Assembly (NCBI RefSeq): GCF_006345805.1
Contig: NC_042998.1
Location: forward strand, 104,036,001-104,100,000
Reading direction: 5' to 3'
Source: Octopus sinensis
Lineage: Eukaryota
Length of the DNA stretch: 64,000 nt
The notes beneath the pieces were generated by a model, which was given only the letters and a program-made list of their open reading frames with translations, ran no database searches and was not told the DNA's origin. The position numbers and the translations under genes were made by a program. This document shows, one piece after another, positions 39,796 to 51,994 of this stretch (the stretch's first letter is position 1; every line of letters starts with the position of its first letter).

Positions 39796-42087
39796 TTCAA
39801 TGGAGACATATAGAGAAACTCCATCAAAATGTAGCTCGTCTTTCAAACCATCTAACTTTCTTGTGAATATGTAGAGACTCAAAGCTAATACTACCTGGCT
39901 TGAATATAATGACACCAGTGGATTCATATAAAGCGAGAAGAGTAGCGGAAAGGGCAGGACATGCCCTCGTCCGTGGGAGGATCCATTACAAAAAAAAAAC
40001 ATTAACCAAATAACAAATTCAAAGAGAGGTTATCTTCATTACTTAGGAAAATAAACAGAGATGATGATAGAAAGAGAACAAACAAGACTTAGAAAAGTCG
40101 TACATGAAAGAATTTGAAATGAAGACATGCCAGATTAAGAAGTTTATGAAACTCAAATGTCAGGGGATGAAGACTGAAGTCCGTCACCCACCTGTGAAAG
40201 CAGTAATTAATGTAAGTAGCCGATATCTAGAAAGCTCTGAAGAAGCAGTACTGAACAAAGATCTCAACTTTGCGACAAACATCAAGCGCATTCCATATTT
40301 GGATATAATACCCCCTATTGAAGAGATAGCCATAAAGATACCAAAAGCTCAGGGAAATGAACTAAGGTGGAAAGTGAGACAGGTACTAGAAAAAGCAAAA
40401 CTTCCCAAACAAACATCACTAAGGAAGAAAATTACGTTATCAAATGACTACAGAGTGACAGTTCCATCATAATATTTACAGTGGACATGGAAAATACTAC
40501 AGTGGTGATGAATATGTCTGACTACTCTGAAAAATTGGTAAATCTTATAAGTGATGGTAGCTACAGCAAAGAAAAGAAAGATCCAACTCTGAAAACAGAG
40601 AGGAAGTTGTCACAGATCTCGATCAAGAACAAGGATCACTTTACACCAATGAAGTACAGAAAACTTACTCAACACTACAGTAAAGTACCACACATGTATG
40701 GTCTCCCTAAGATTCACAACGATGGTAATCCATTAAGACCTATAGTGAGCTGTAGAGGTTCAGCATGTCATCTACTGAGCCGCTTCCTTGTGGATATAAT
40801 CAGTCCATTAGCAGTAAAGTCAACATCGTACGTGAAGAATTCCACCCATTTCACAGAATTGATCAAGGATACCCCCATTGAATCCAACCAGATGGTGAGT
40901 CTAGATATGATAAGTCTGTTCACCAAAGTCCCAACTGGTGAAACACTATCAGTGATTCAAGAAAAACTAGTGACAGACACTCATCTAAAAGAACGCACAA
41001 GTATACCAATAGGTAACTTGATGGAAATGTTGATCTTCTGTGTAGAAACTACCTACTTCAGTATGGACACTGATATAAATCGACAGAAGGAGGGTTTAGC
41101 TATGGGTTCACCATTATCACCGATAATAGCCAATATATACATGGAATATTTTAGGAATTTGGCTTTAGGATCAACAACACTAATACCAACCCTATGACTG
41201 TGATATGTTGATGACACCTTTATACTCTGGCCCCACCAGGAAGATGTCCAAGTGCTATTAAATCATGTGAACTCAATAAAGCCATCCATACAGTTCACAA
41301 TGGAAAAGGAACAAGACAATCAGCTAGCATTCCTGGACGTATTTATAACACGTACCAAGAAGGGATTCAGGATATCCGTATACCACAAGCCGACCTTCAA
41401 TGGACGATACTTAAACTTCAATTCCCACATCCATACAGTGTAAAGAGAGGGATTGCTCAGTGCCTAAAACATCATGCAAAGAATATAAGTAGTGATCGTG
41501 ATACACACAAGAAGAAATGATCAAGCTCAATAACAATCTATTAAGCAACAACTACCTCCAAAATATACTATCCACTCCAACAATGAAGAAAAGAGAGGAT
41601 GAAACCAATAAACTGGCCACAATCTGTCTACCCTATGTGAAAGGCATCTCCGAAAAGATACAAATATGCGACCCAGACGACATAGGACAGTATTCAAGAG
41701 TAATACAACACTTCGCAAATATCTCCGAGTAAGACTACCACTAGAAGAGAATATGCCCAAAGACTGCGTGTACTCCATCCCATGATCCCATGCAACTGTA
41801 GTAGGTTATACAAAGGTGAAACATACCGCCCACTCAAAATAAGGGTAGACGAACATCCCAAAGATGTGACACGAGGAGATATTGATAAATCGGGTATAGC
41901 TGATCATGTATGGAAAAATGGAGACCATCTCTCCCAGTGGAATGAAGTTAAAATAATAGACAGAGAACATCATCGGAAAGTACGAAAACTAAAAGAAGCA
42001 GCAAGTATGCTAGGACACATCAACCTACTAAGCAGACCGAGTGCAGATATGAGCAGCATACGGGAACCGGAATTAAAAGAAGAATAG
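39796..42087 (+). pseudogene. Penelope-like element ORF: reverse transcriptase plus GIY-YIG endonuclease, disrupted
   Basis: N-terminal EKLHQNVARLSNHLTFL; RT motifs YGLPKIHN.G.PLRPIVS, SLDMISLFT, GLAMGSPLSP.IANIYME, YVDDT, FTMEKE...LAFLDV; GIY-YIG region CNCSRLYKGETYRPLKIRVDEH..SGIADHVW; many stops and frameshifts. Confidence 0.95.
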
Positions 42088-42135
42088 TAAAATATTAGAT
42101 TTATAAGCCCTAAAATGCATTCAGTTATTTCCCAC

Positions 42136-42209
42136 GTGCATATGCCGCAGTGGTTAAGAGCGCGAGCTACTAAGCCCAAGGTTCCAAGTTCAATTCCAAG
42201 AATTGACCT
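42136..42209 (+). pseudogene. tRNA-derived head (copy 2), just downstream of the Penelope ORF
   Basis: gcatatgccgcagtggttaagagcgcgagctactaagcccaaggttccaagttcaattcc, homologous to 39431-39505. Confidence 0.75.
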
Positions 42210-42410
42210 ATTGTTGTTGTGTCATTCCTTCTAATGTTTTTCGTTTACATCTCTACTCGTTTTGATTAATTCATATTCCATATAATTATGTTATTTTTAT
42301 TGTATTTCCTTCGCTCACGTGCAAAGGAAACAGATATGTGTCCGCGTGTATTTTTATGTGTGATTATGTATGTTTTTACTTATATATATGTGTGTGTGTG
42401 TATGTGTGTG

Positions 42411-42456
<46 letters not shown>

Positions 42457-44117
42457 CACACACACATACACGCATCCATATCTAGGTAAACATGTGTGCG
42501 CAGTGTGTGTGAGAGTGTGTACGTACGTACGTATGTATGCATGTTACGCACACACGAGAAATAAAATCGAATGCATTCTATTTTATTTCAATTTCAATTG
42601 TTGTACAGTTTTAATATATATAATTATATACTGTTTGTAGATATAATGATTTTGTATCGGTGATAATATTCATTCAGATCAAGAAAAAAAAAAAAAAAAT
42701 TACCAAATTTAGATGTTGCCATAAGGTTTTTAAACTGAATTGTCTTAATTTGTGTAAATGGTGAATTTTCCCGCCTGCCGTTGGACTAGGGTGATGATTA
42801 ATAGGAGACAAGTTAAAAAGAAAAAAATTATCATAACAAAATTGGTACTATTAAGAAATGTATGTACTATTAAGAATTCTATTTGTAATGTTTGCTCTAA
42901 CGATTTAATAATGTAGTTATAGGTGAAAGATAAGTTATTTTGCCGTATTAAAAAGTGACTAGATTTCCCAAATGGAATCAAATTGTTCCTTCCTATCAAT
43001 TGAATGTATCTCAACATATATATGTGTGTGTGTGTGTGTGTATGTATATATGAGTGCGTATGTATGCGTGTATGCATGTGTGTATGTATGTATAGATAAA
43101 GGTTGTGTGGCTCTAGTTGTGTGTACACATATGTGTGTATGTACGTGTGTCACTATCCATATATGTGTATTCATATTATGTGCGTGTATTCACGTGTGTC
43201 TCTGAACGTATGTTTGTTTGCATATATGTACATGTATGTATGTGTTTATGTATAAGTGTTTCGAAAGTAAATCAGCATTATTCAGCAGATGATACACGAT
43301 GTATTACCTATGCTTGCAGAGCGACATGTAAAATGCTGCCTTATTTATAAGTTATGAATCTTAACGTTTCGAGTTCAAACACCACGAAGTTTAACTTATT
43401 TTTACCCATACGGGTTCATAGAATAATGAAACAACAAGTACGACCATTACTGTAATGGATTAAATCAATAACGATCTTACCACACAAACATAACTCTGTT
43501 GCTTTATCCGCGAGTTCATCAAGGAACTCTGTTAAATTTCGAAGAAACAATACTGAAGGGTCAAAAACTTAAAAAACTACTGCCGTCTTCTCTATTCAAA
43601 TTACAACCGACTTTACTGTATTTTATATTTTTCTATCTTTTGTGATCGGTGATCTAAATATCAGTAATCTACGTAATCTTCTACATCATATCACTTCCTT
43701 CAGAAATACCTGGGTAGCTATAATATTATTCTGCCTGACGTGATGTGTGTTCGTACGTAACGTTTTCAAAGGGAGATAATCTGCTATTGACCGGGATAGT
43801 TATTAGCTGGGCATCAGGCAGACGACAGGACAAGAGAGGAGGAAGAAATGGAGTTGGTCAATAGAGAGAGAAAAGATTACAATGACTATGAATCATGTAG
43901 TATTTATAGTATCTACTAACACTATAAGTTGCCTAAATATTCCTTTTTCAGTAACTTCAATCGTTATCTAGTTCGGTGGTTCTTGAATTAAAAAATACGG
44001 CCAACCACTGAAAGAATTATTAAAGATTTTTCACATTCTTTCATTCTTACATTAATAGCATGACAAACAAGAGTTTATATTAATATAATTCTTCTGTATT
44101 TATTTTATCATTCTTGA

Positions 44118-44655
44118 AAGAATGAAATGTAGACTTGATTCCGACTGGATTTAAACTCAGAACAAAGACAGCTGGAACAAATGCCGTTAAGCATTTTTTA
44201 CTAACGATTCCACCAGTTCACCGTTTTGGTAATAATCATCTCTGCTGTAGGCACCAGACCAGGTATTTAGGGGGAGAAGTAAAGTTGGTTACATCGAGTC
44301 CAGTCTTTAATTAATTTATTTATTTCATCGAACCCGAAAGAATGAAAAGTGAAGCAGAACTCGAAGAATTTGAAACCAAAAAGGTAGAGACCGAAGAAAT
44401 GCCTCTATGCATTTGGCCCGGCGCACTAACTTTGTAACAACGGTTACAAATTTTGCCTCAAGGCGGGGAAGGAGTGGAGGGGGAAGTCGAATACATCGAC
44501 CTCAGTACATGCCTAGTACTTCTTTTATAAACCACGAAAGATGAAAGACAAAACGGATCACGGCGAAATTTGAACTTAATTGTTAAAGACAGATGAAATA
44601 CTGCTAAATATTTTGTCCGGCGTGCCAACGATTCTGACAGCTCGCAGCCTTCTCG
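44118..44655 (-). mobile_element. Three stacked Nin-domain-type SINE copies
   Basis: Repeated atcga.cccgaaag.atgaaa...gaatttgaactcagaac...gctaacgattc motif at ~44118, 44235 and 44435. Confidence 0.7.
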
Positions 44656-44657
44656 TC

Positions 44658-44658
<1 letters not shown>

Positions 44659-44721
<63 letters not shown>

Positions 44722-44785
44722 CAACAACAACAGCAACAACAATAATAATAATAATAATAACAACAACAACAACAACAACAACAAC

Positions 44786-44877
<92 letters not shown>
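44659..44877. repeat. (AAT)n/(AAC)n microsatellite
   Basis: Direct reading. Confidence 0.97.
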
Positions 44878-44878
<1 letters not shown>

Positions 44879-45412
44879 GTACCAGGCAGTGGCTCTCATG
44901 GCTTCTGATCTTAACTGATTGGAAGTGTTATCATGTACATTGTTTATAAAAGATGGGCTACAGCAAATATTCTGCTCAATACCACAGATTTGCTTGTCAG
45001 TTGTTTGACCTTAACCAGTTGAGCATGTCCCATAGTGGCTGACGATATGTGCATCTCTGATCACGAGCAGAAGTAGTGGGGGAGCATCATAGCCATGTGT
45101 TGAGAGGGATTCTTTGGGGTTTGAACAATTCACCTTTGGAAACAGGGGTGTTTCGTTCAACATCCTTAAACAACCCTTATTCAGGGACCTTTTGAGCGGG
45201 ATGGGCTACTCAACCTGAAGATAATTCTAACTGGGCCCCACCTGCAAGGTCATGTGCTGTTTATCTTGATATGAGATCACCATGTCGCGCACATCTGGTT
45301 GTGATGCATGTGCCTGGTGTACCCTTATCAGACGGGTAGTCATGATGGGTATATTGGGCTTCGTATATTTTACCCCAGTGTCACTTTGATGGCATGAACT
45401 GCTCTCTCACTC
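44878..45412 (+). mobile_element. Non-coding ~535-bp interspersed element embedded in (AAT)n
   Basis: Complex, GC-balanced sequence bounded by (AAT)n on both sides; ends ...ctctctcactc-AATAATAAT; no ORF. Confidence 0.6.
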
Positions 45413-45424
45413 AATAATAATAAT

Positions 45425-45645
45425 AATCCTTACTAATATAAGCACTAGGCCTGAAATTTGGGAGAGGGAGGTAGTCAATTACATCGACCCAGTACTTAAA
45501 TTGGTAGTTGATATGTAGATCCCGAAGGATGAAAGGCAAATTCAACCTCGGCGGAATTTGAACTCAGAACGTAAAGCCGAGTGAAACATCGTTAAGCATT
45601 TCATCCAGCGCGCTAACGATTCTGCTAGCTGACCGCTTTTTCCTC

Positions 45646-45713
<68 letters not shown>

Positions 45714-46045
45714 CCTTTCTGTTATAGGCACAAGACCTGAAATTTGGGGTGAGGGGAGTAGTCGATTACATCGAACCCAATGTTTTACTGATACTTAATT
45801 TATCGATACCGAAACGATGAAAGGCAAAATTCATCTTCGTGGCATTTAAACCCAGAAGGCAAAGATGGACGAAATGCTGCTAAGCATTTTGCCCGGCGTC
45901 ATATAAAAAATAGTGCTCATAGGAGCACTTATTTTATCGGGGTCGATAAATTTAATACCAGTGAAACACTGGGGTCGATGTAATCGACAAGTCCCCTCCC
46001 ACAAAATTTCAGGTCTTGTGCCTATAGCAGAACGGATTATTATTA
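45425..46045. mobile_element. Nin-domain-type SINEs: 45425-45640 (-), 45710-45900 (-), 45930-46045 (+)
   Basis: Shared gcctttcatcctttcggggtcgat...gtaccag domain and ...ggccttgtgcc...gaaaggattattatt tail. Confidence 0.8.
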
Positions 46046-46052
46046 TTATCAT

Positions 46053-46103
<51 letters not shown>

Positions 46104-46110
46104 CAGTAGC

Positions 46111-46146
<36 letters not shown>

Positions 46147-46822
46147 TAGTAGTAGTAGTAGTAGTAAAAAATAGTAAATAATAAAATGATACAAAATGCT
46201 AATTTAAACTCACATTGCAATCGGTTCATTGAGCAGAGGAGCAAAAAGAATGAATTTATTGGCATCGATTCCAATCCGCTGTATTCTTCCAAAATTCAAC
46301 CCTTACGGTCATTGTTGAACAATGTTAAGTCTAAAAAGGTGTCGATTTTAAAGTCGGATGTTACTATTAGTAATAACAATACTCTGTGTCTACCGGGAGT
46401 AATAATTTATAGTTCATTTCACCCTGGGAGCATCAACTTGCTGATGATTTTCTCGTAACAGATTTTCTTTGTATCTCACTAAATGTTACTTAATCAGGCG
46501 AAAGAAACATTACGTTTATTTTTCATATGCATTATGTGTATGTGTGTATGCATGTATATATGTGCATGAATATATGTACTTTATACATATATAGCGCTCG
46601 CTATTTTACTCACGTTCTGGTCTAACGAACCACCATGTTTGTTTTTGTTCGGTTTCCTTGTATGTTTCCACTATCTTGTTTTTGCTCCTAACTTTCACCC
46701 TCCATAAATCCAAAATTTTATTTTGGTATGTATGGGAGCAACTGCTTTCGAAGACTCATATTGTCGTTGAATGCTCGAAATGAGGAGTTGACAGACAGCC
46801 GACAACTGATGTAGGGTTGATG

Positions 46823-47132
46823 TGGGTACAGGACACCAAAAAAAGAACGTCGAACACAATGAGAAACGAAAACATAAACACAAAACCAAGGAAATGGACA
46901 TTTTTCTTAAACAACGAAAAAATAGAGTACAGGACATATAACACAAGGAAAATTCCCCTTCTTCAGTCGCCTCTGTTTCATCTACTCCGCGTTTCTCGAA
47001 AGGAATTTTCCTTGTGTTATATGTCCAGTACTCTAGTTTTTCGTTGTTTAAGAAAAATGTCCATTTCCTTGGCTTTGTGTTTATGTTTTCGTTTCTCATT
47101 GTGTTCGACGTTTTTTTGGTGTCCTGTACCCA
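46823..47132. repeat. Long inverted repeat (~133-bp arms, 45-bp spacer)
   Basis: Arms 46823-46956 and 47002-47132; both strands give the same ORF text WVQDTKK..SNTMRNENINTKPRKWTFFLNNEK. Confidence 0.95.
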
Positions 47133-47343
47133 TATATACATGTATATATACATGTAGATGTAGGTACGTACATATATGTATATATGCATATGTTTTATTT
47201 ATTAATTTGTTATTATATATATATATATATATAATATATATAATATAATATAATATAATATAATATATATATATTATATATGTATATATTTATATATATG
47301 TGTGCGTAAAAGCACACGCATAAACACATATATATGTTATATA

Positions 47344-47385
<42 letters not shown>

Positions 47386-48276
47386 TATGACATATATGTG
47401 TGTTTATGTGTGTGCTTTTATGCACACATTCACACTCGCACACGCAACATCACCACTACCCTCCCCCCCCCACACACACACCCCATTCCACCTCCACCAA
47501 CATCAATGAGTCGACGTATGTTGATAAAATGTACACCTAGGGGATATAACGATAAAAGCTTTACCAGCCTACAAAGAAACGGAGACATATTTACGTATTC
47601 TTTCTTTGTTGATTGATAATATCTATTATAGTTTATAGGTTTTTACTTGGGCCTTTGTTAACGTGAAATGACATATTAGTTCTTAAGAGTGAACGGAAAT
47701 TGTTTATAACGATCTTTTACACCCGGGAGTTACTTATAAGTAAATTCTGTTATGAGACACTACGCGGATATCGTTTCTGTAAAGAGTTATACATCGTCAG
47801 CACAACTCACATTGTCAACAATGTGTGACAAAGGAGCGTTTAAAATAAACGAACGTACTGACGCACTCAGATGAGCAATGAAACAAATATCAATAACATT
47901 TAAACAGAAAGCGATTCGGCAAAAATTATTGATACGAATTCTGAAAACAAAATAAACAATGAAAACGATTTCTGAGGAAGGCGCAAGACCGGAAGTTTCG
48001 CGAAACGGATATACCCGATTAGGTCGATCAAATCCTGAGCTATTTGACTGGTACTTACTTTATCGATCTAATGTCATTCTCCGCCGCCACCATCATTTTC
48101 ATTCTTATCTTCTTCCACTGCCTTCAATTTTCATTTATAATAATTGTTATTAATGTTATTGATATTATATTTGAGTTGACGAATTACTTTGTATTTTTGT
48201 TGCTTATACTCCAGTGTTTTGCCTTTGTGCTGTCTCTAATGTATTGAGTTCACGTAGCTAATAAAAGAAATCATCC

Positions 48277-48725
48277 GGATCTTTTCGGTTTGAACGGCAG
48301 TTTTTTCTAGCGGTGTCATATGAAAGTGTCACCCATAATTATGACCCTAGTATCGATCTATTGCATTTCAATCTGTTTTAGGGTTAGGGTTAGTTAGGGT
48401 TAGTTAGGGTTAGGGTTAGGTTTAGGGGTGGGGAGAAGGGTATCTTTTTTTCTTCAGAAATGTAAATAAACCCAATCTGTTTCTTAAACGAGGGACATAT
48501 TCATACGGCACAGAATGTTTTCACCTCAATAGACGTCATTGATTGGTTAAAATTGCAGAAATTGAAGAAAAAAAACAACAAATATCTTACAAACTATAGA
48601 ATTTTCTCAATAAAGCCAAGAGAAAAAGATGTTTTATAAACACATTCTACCAGTATACGAAGTTTAAAAGTGTTTAGTTACGTGGAAATTATTTTTAAAA
48701 ACTGCCGTTCAAACCGACAAGATCC
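48277..48725. mobile_element. MITE with 28-bp TIRs, 8-bp TSD and an internal TTAGGG tract (Merlin-like)
   Basis: TIR ggatcttttcggtttgaacggcagtttt / aaaactgccgttcaaaccgacaagatcc; TSD AATCATCC/AATTATCC; degenerate (TTAGGG)n at 48378-48428. Confidence 0.85.
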
Positions 48726-49075
48726 AATTATCCTTTCGGGGTCGATAAAATAGGTGCCATTTGAGTACTAAGATCGATGTAATAGATTTACTCCCATCTC
48801 CGAAGTTGTTAGCCTTGTGCTAAAATTTGAAACCATTGTTATTATGGTTGTTAAGGTGATGTGATAGCCGAATCGTTACAGCAGCGGACAAAATGCTTAG
48901 CGGCCTTCCTTCTAGCCTCACGATCTGAGTTCAAATGCCGCCGAGGTCGACTTTGCTTTTCGTCCTTTTGAGATCGATGAAATAAGTACAATTCAAGCAC
49001 AGATTTCGAAGATATTGATTTATCCTTTTCCACTGAAGTTGCTGGCCGTATCAAAAAATTTGAAATCATTGTTAT
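48726..49075 (+). mobile_element. Two Nin-domain-type SINE copies (48726-48835 split by the MITE; 48850-49075)
   Basis: tcctttcggggtcgataaaatagg and gagttcaaatgccgccgaggtcgactttgcttttcgtccttttgagatcgatgaaataagtac. Confidence 0.8.
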
Positions 49076-49189
49076 TAAGGCTGTTCTACAATACCGTTTT
49101 CACCACTTTTTTATTAGTTATCGTTGATTTCAAAACATTACTCCATGTAAATTCGCCCTGCATTATTATATGTTTACTACAATTAATAC

Positions 49190-49609
<420 letters not shown>

Positions 49610-49749
49610 CAATAAAGATTCAAGTTAATTTAAATGAATTTACTTGAATATGGTACCTAACTTAGATGCACCAAAAAAACTATACTGTTTTAACAATACA
49701 GTAATGCGGGGTGATTATAAGCGGAAAGAAGCAACAAGAATGGATAGGT

Positions 49750-49839
49750 TTTTAGTACAATCGTTTCATACAAGGACAGGCTTTATTAAAGTTGTAAAAA
49801 TTACAGCATATAAACGTGTCCCGTACTCATCAGCTAAAA
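49750..49839 (-). ncRNA. Type I hammerhead ribozyme with minimal stem III (left arm)
   Basis: Stem I UUUUAG/CUAAAA, core CUGAUGA, long stem II GUACGGGACA/UGUCCUUGUAU, GAAAC-GAUU-GU, GUA cleavage triplet. Confidence 0.8.
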
Positions 49840-50506
49840 TACATGTGAGTTCTCTAGACATCCTAGTGGTTGAGGCTATACTCATGAAGTAATGTAGATA
49901 ATTAAGTAACATAAACATAAACAGATTTCCAAAGTTCATTACAGTTCTTTAAAGATGATGTACAGTCATATCACAGAATTTTAAAAAGTTTTAATAGCAT
50001 CACAGAGAAGGTGACCTAATCCATAGAGCACATATGAATTTCCAGAGATATGATGAGGGATTACATACTCACAGAAGACAAATTTATCCATTGTTAATCA
50101 CAACGAGGTGGGTCTCAATTCCTGCTTATTAGCATTACAGAGAGGGTGAATTAATCCTTTGTATAGATGCACAATCTCCAATGGTGTAGATTTAATTCAC
50201 CCTCTCTGTAATGCTAATAAGCAGGAATTGAGACCCACCTCGTTGTGATTAACAATGGAAAAATTTGTCTTCTGTGAGTATGTAATCCCTCATCATATCT
50301 CTGGAAATTCATATGTGCTCTATGGATTAGGTCACCTTCTCTGTGATGCTATTAAAACTTTTTTAAATTCTGTGATAAGACTGTACATCATCTTTAAAGA
50401 ACTGTAATGAACTTTGGAAATCTGTTTAGTGTTATGTTACTTAATTATCTACATTACTTCATGAGTATAGCCTCAACCACTAGGATGTCTAGAGAACTCA
50501 CATGTA

Positions 50507-50597
50507 TTTTAGCTGATGAGTACGGGACATGTTTATATGCTGTAATTTTTACAACTTTTAATAAAGCCTGTCCTTGTATGAAACGATTGTACTAAAA
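50507..50597 (+). ncRNA. Type I hammerhead ribozyme with minimal stem III (right arm)
   Basis: ttttag(50507-12) CTGATGA(50513-19) stem II GAAAC(50580-84) gatt GT A(50591) ctaaaa; predicted cleavage 3' of 50591. Confidence 0.8.
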
Positions 50598-50627
50598 ACC
50601 TATCCATTCTTGTTGCTTTTTTCCCGC

Positions 50628-50671
<44 letters not shown>

Positions 50672-50685
50672 ATATATATGTATGT

Positions 50686-50946
50686 GAAGGCGCATGGCTC
50701 AGTGGTTAGAGCGCCGAGCTTACGATCGTGAGGTTGCGTGTTCGATTCCCGGACCGGGCTGCGTGTTGTGTTCTTGAGCAAGACACTTTATTTCACGTTG
50801 CTCCAGTTAACTCAGCTGTAGAAATCAGTTGCGACATCATTGGTGCCAAGCTGTATCGTCCTTTGCCTTTCCGTTGGATAACATCAGTGGTGTGGAGAGG
50901 GGAGGCTGGTATGCATGGGCGACTGTTGGCCTTCCACAAACAACCT
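50686..50946 (+). mobile_element. tRNA-derived SINE family C
   Basis: gaaggcgcatggctcagtggttagagcg...gttcgattcccggaccggg, then the CORE/V-like segment ttgagcaagacactttatttcacgttgctccagtt. Confidence 0.85.
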
Positions 50947-50976
50947 TTATGTATGTATGTATATATATATATTTAT

Positions 50977-51543
50977 ATAAATGGAGTTTAACGCAGGTAT
51001 AATTCAAATACTTTTACTTCCGGCACATGTTTCGAAGATTTCACTGATATTATTCCAAATGATAAATGGTGTAAAGCAATGTAATCTTCTTTTCAGAGAA
51101 GTGAAGAAATGAAACTCGTCAATAAGACATTTTAACAGAAAATGATGGATATGTATAGTGATTTACTGAACGCTATTAATATTGTTTGAAAAAACGTTAT
51201 ATGATATAATGTCAGAAGTAGCCTATAGAAAGAGGAGGGATATTTTTTTAGCGAATGTTAAATATAAAAAAAAAATTAATGTTTAAATTATATATAATGA
51301 TAGAGATTTCTTATATATATCATATAACGTTTTTTCAAACAATATTAATGGCGTTCAGTAAATCACTATACATATCCATCATTTTCTGCTAAAACACCTT
51401 ATTGACAAGTTTCATTTCTTCGCTTTTCTGAAAATTACATTGCTTTACACCATTTATTCCTTTGGAATAATATCGGTGAAATCTTCGAAACATGTGTCGG
51501 AAGTAAAAGTATTTGAATTATACCTGCGTTAAACTCCATTTAT
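50977..51543. mobile_element. Fold-back element (~232-bp arms, 103-bp spacer) with degenerate HHR-like core
   Basis: Arms 50977-51210 and 51314-51543; left arm minus strand reads CTGAAAA-GAAGATT...AATCTTC-GAAACATGT. Confidence 0.9.
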
Positions 51544-51851
51544 TTATTTATTTATACATTATACAAAAATTCCATTTGAACCCGAAGTTTCTACCTTTAA
51601 AACAAGGAGTTACAACCTCTTTACTTGTGTGATTTTTTGCTACCCTGGTATTTAATTGATAACAAGGGAAAAATACACTCATCTATATATATGTATATAT
51701 ATATATATATATATATGATTTTGTCTTAGCAAGTTCAATAAACGAATGGGGGCGTTAATACTGAATTATCCAAAATTGTGACTACCTTTTTCTCAATATA
51801 CACTTTCTGTACACCACTTCAAATACTATATATATATATATATATATATAC

Positions 51852-51982
<131 letters not shown>

Positions 51983-51994
51983 TATATAACATTT

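Larger units (their letters stand above)
49731..50627. mobile_element. ~900-bp fold-back element (~425-bp arms, 37-bp spacer)
   Basis: Arms 49731-50154 and 50192-50627, with only a handful of mismatches; right end abuts (TA)n. Confidence 0.95.

Noticed and set aside
40104-42087. Active Penelope ORF or domesticated RT gene
   Set aside because: Numerous in-frame stops and frameshifts, including next to the YVDD motif
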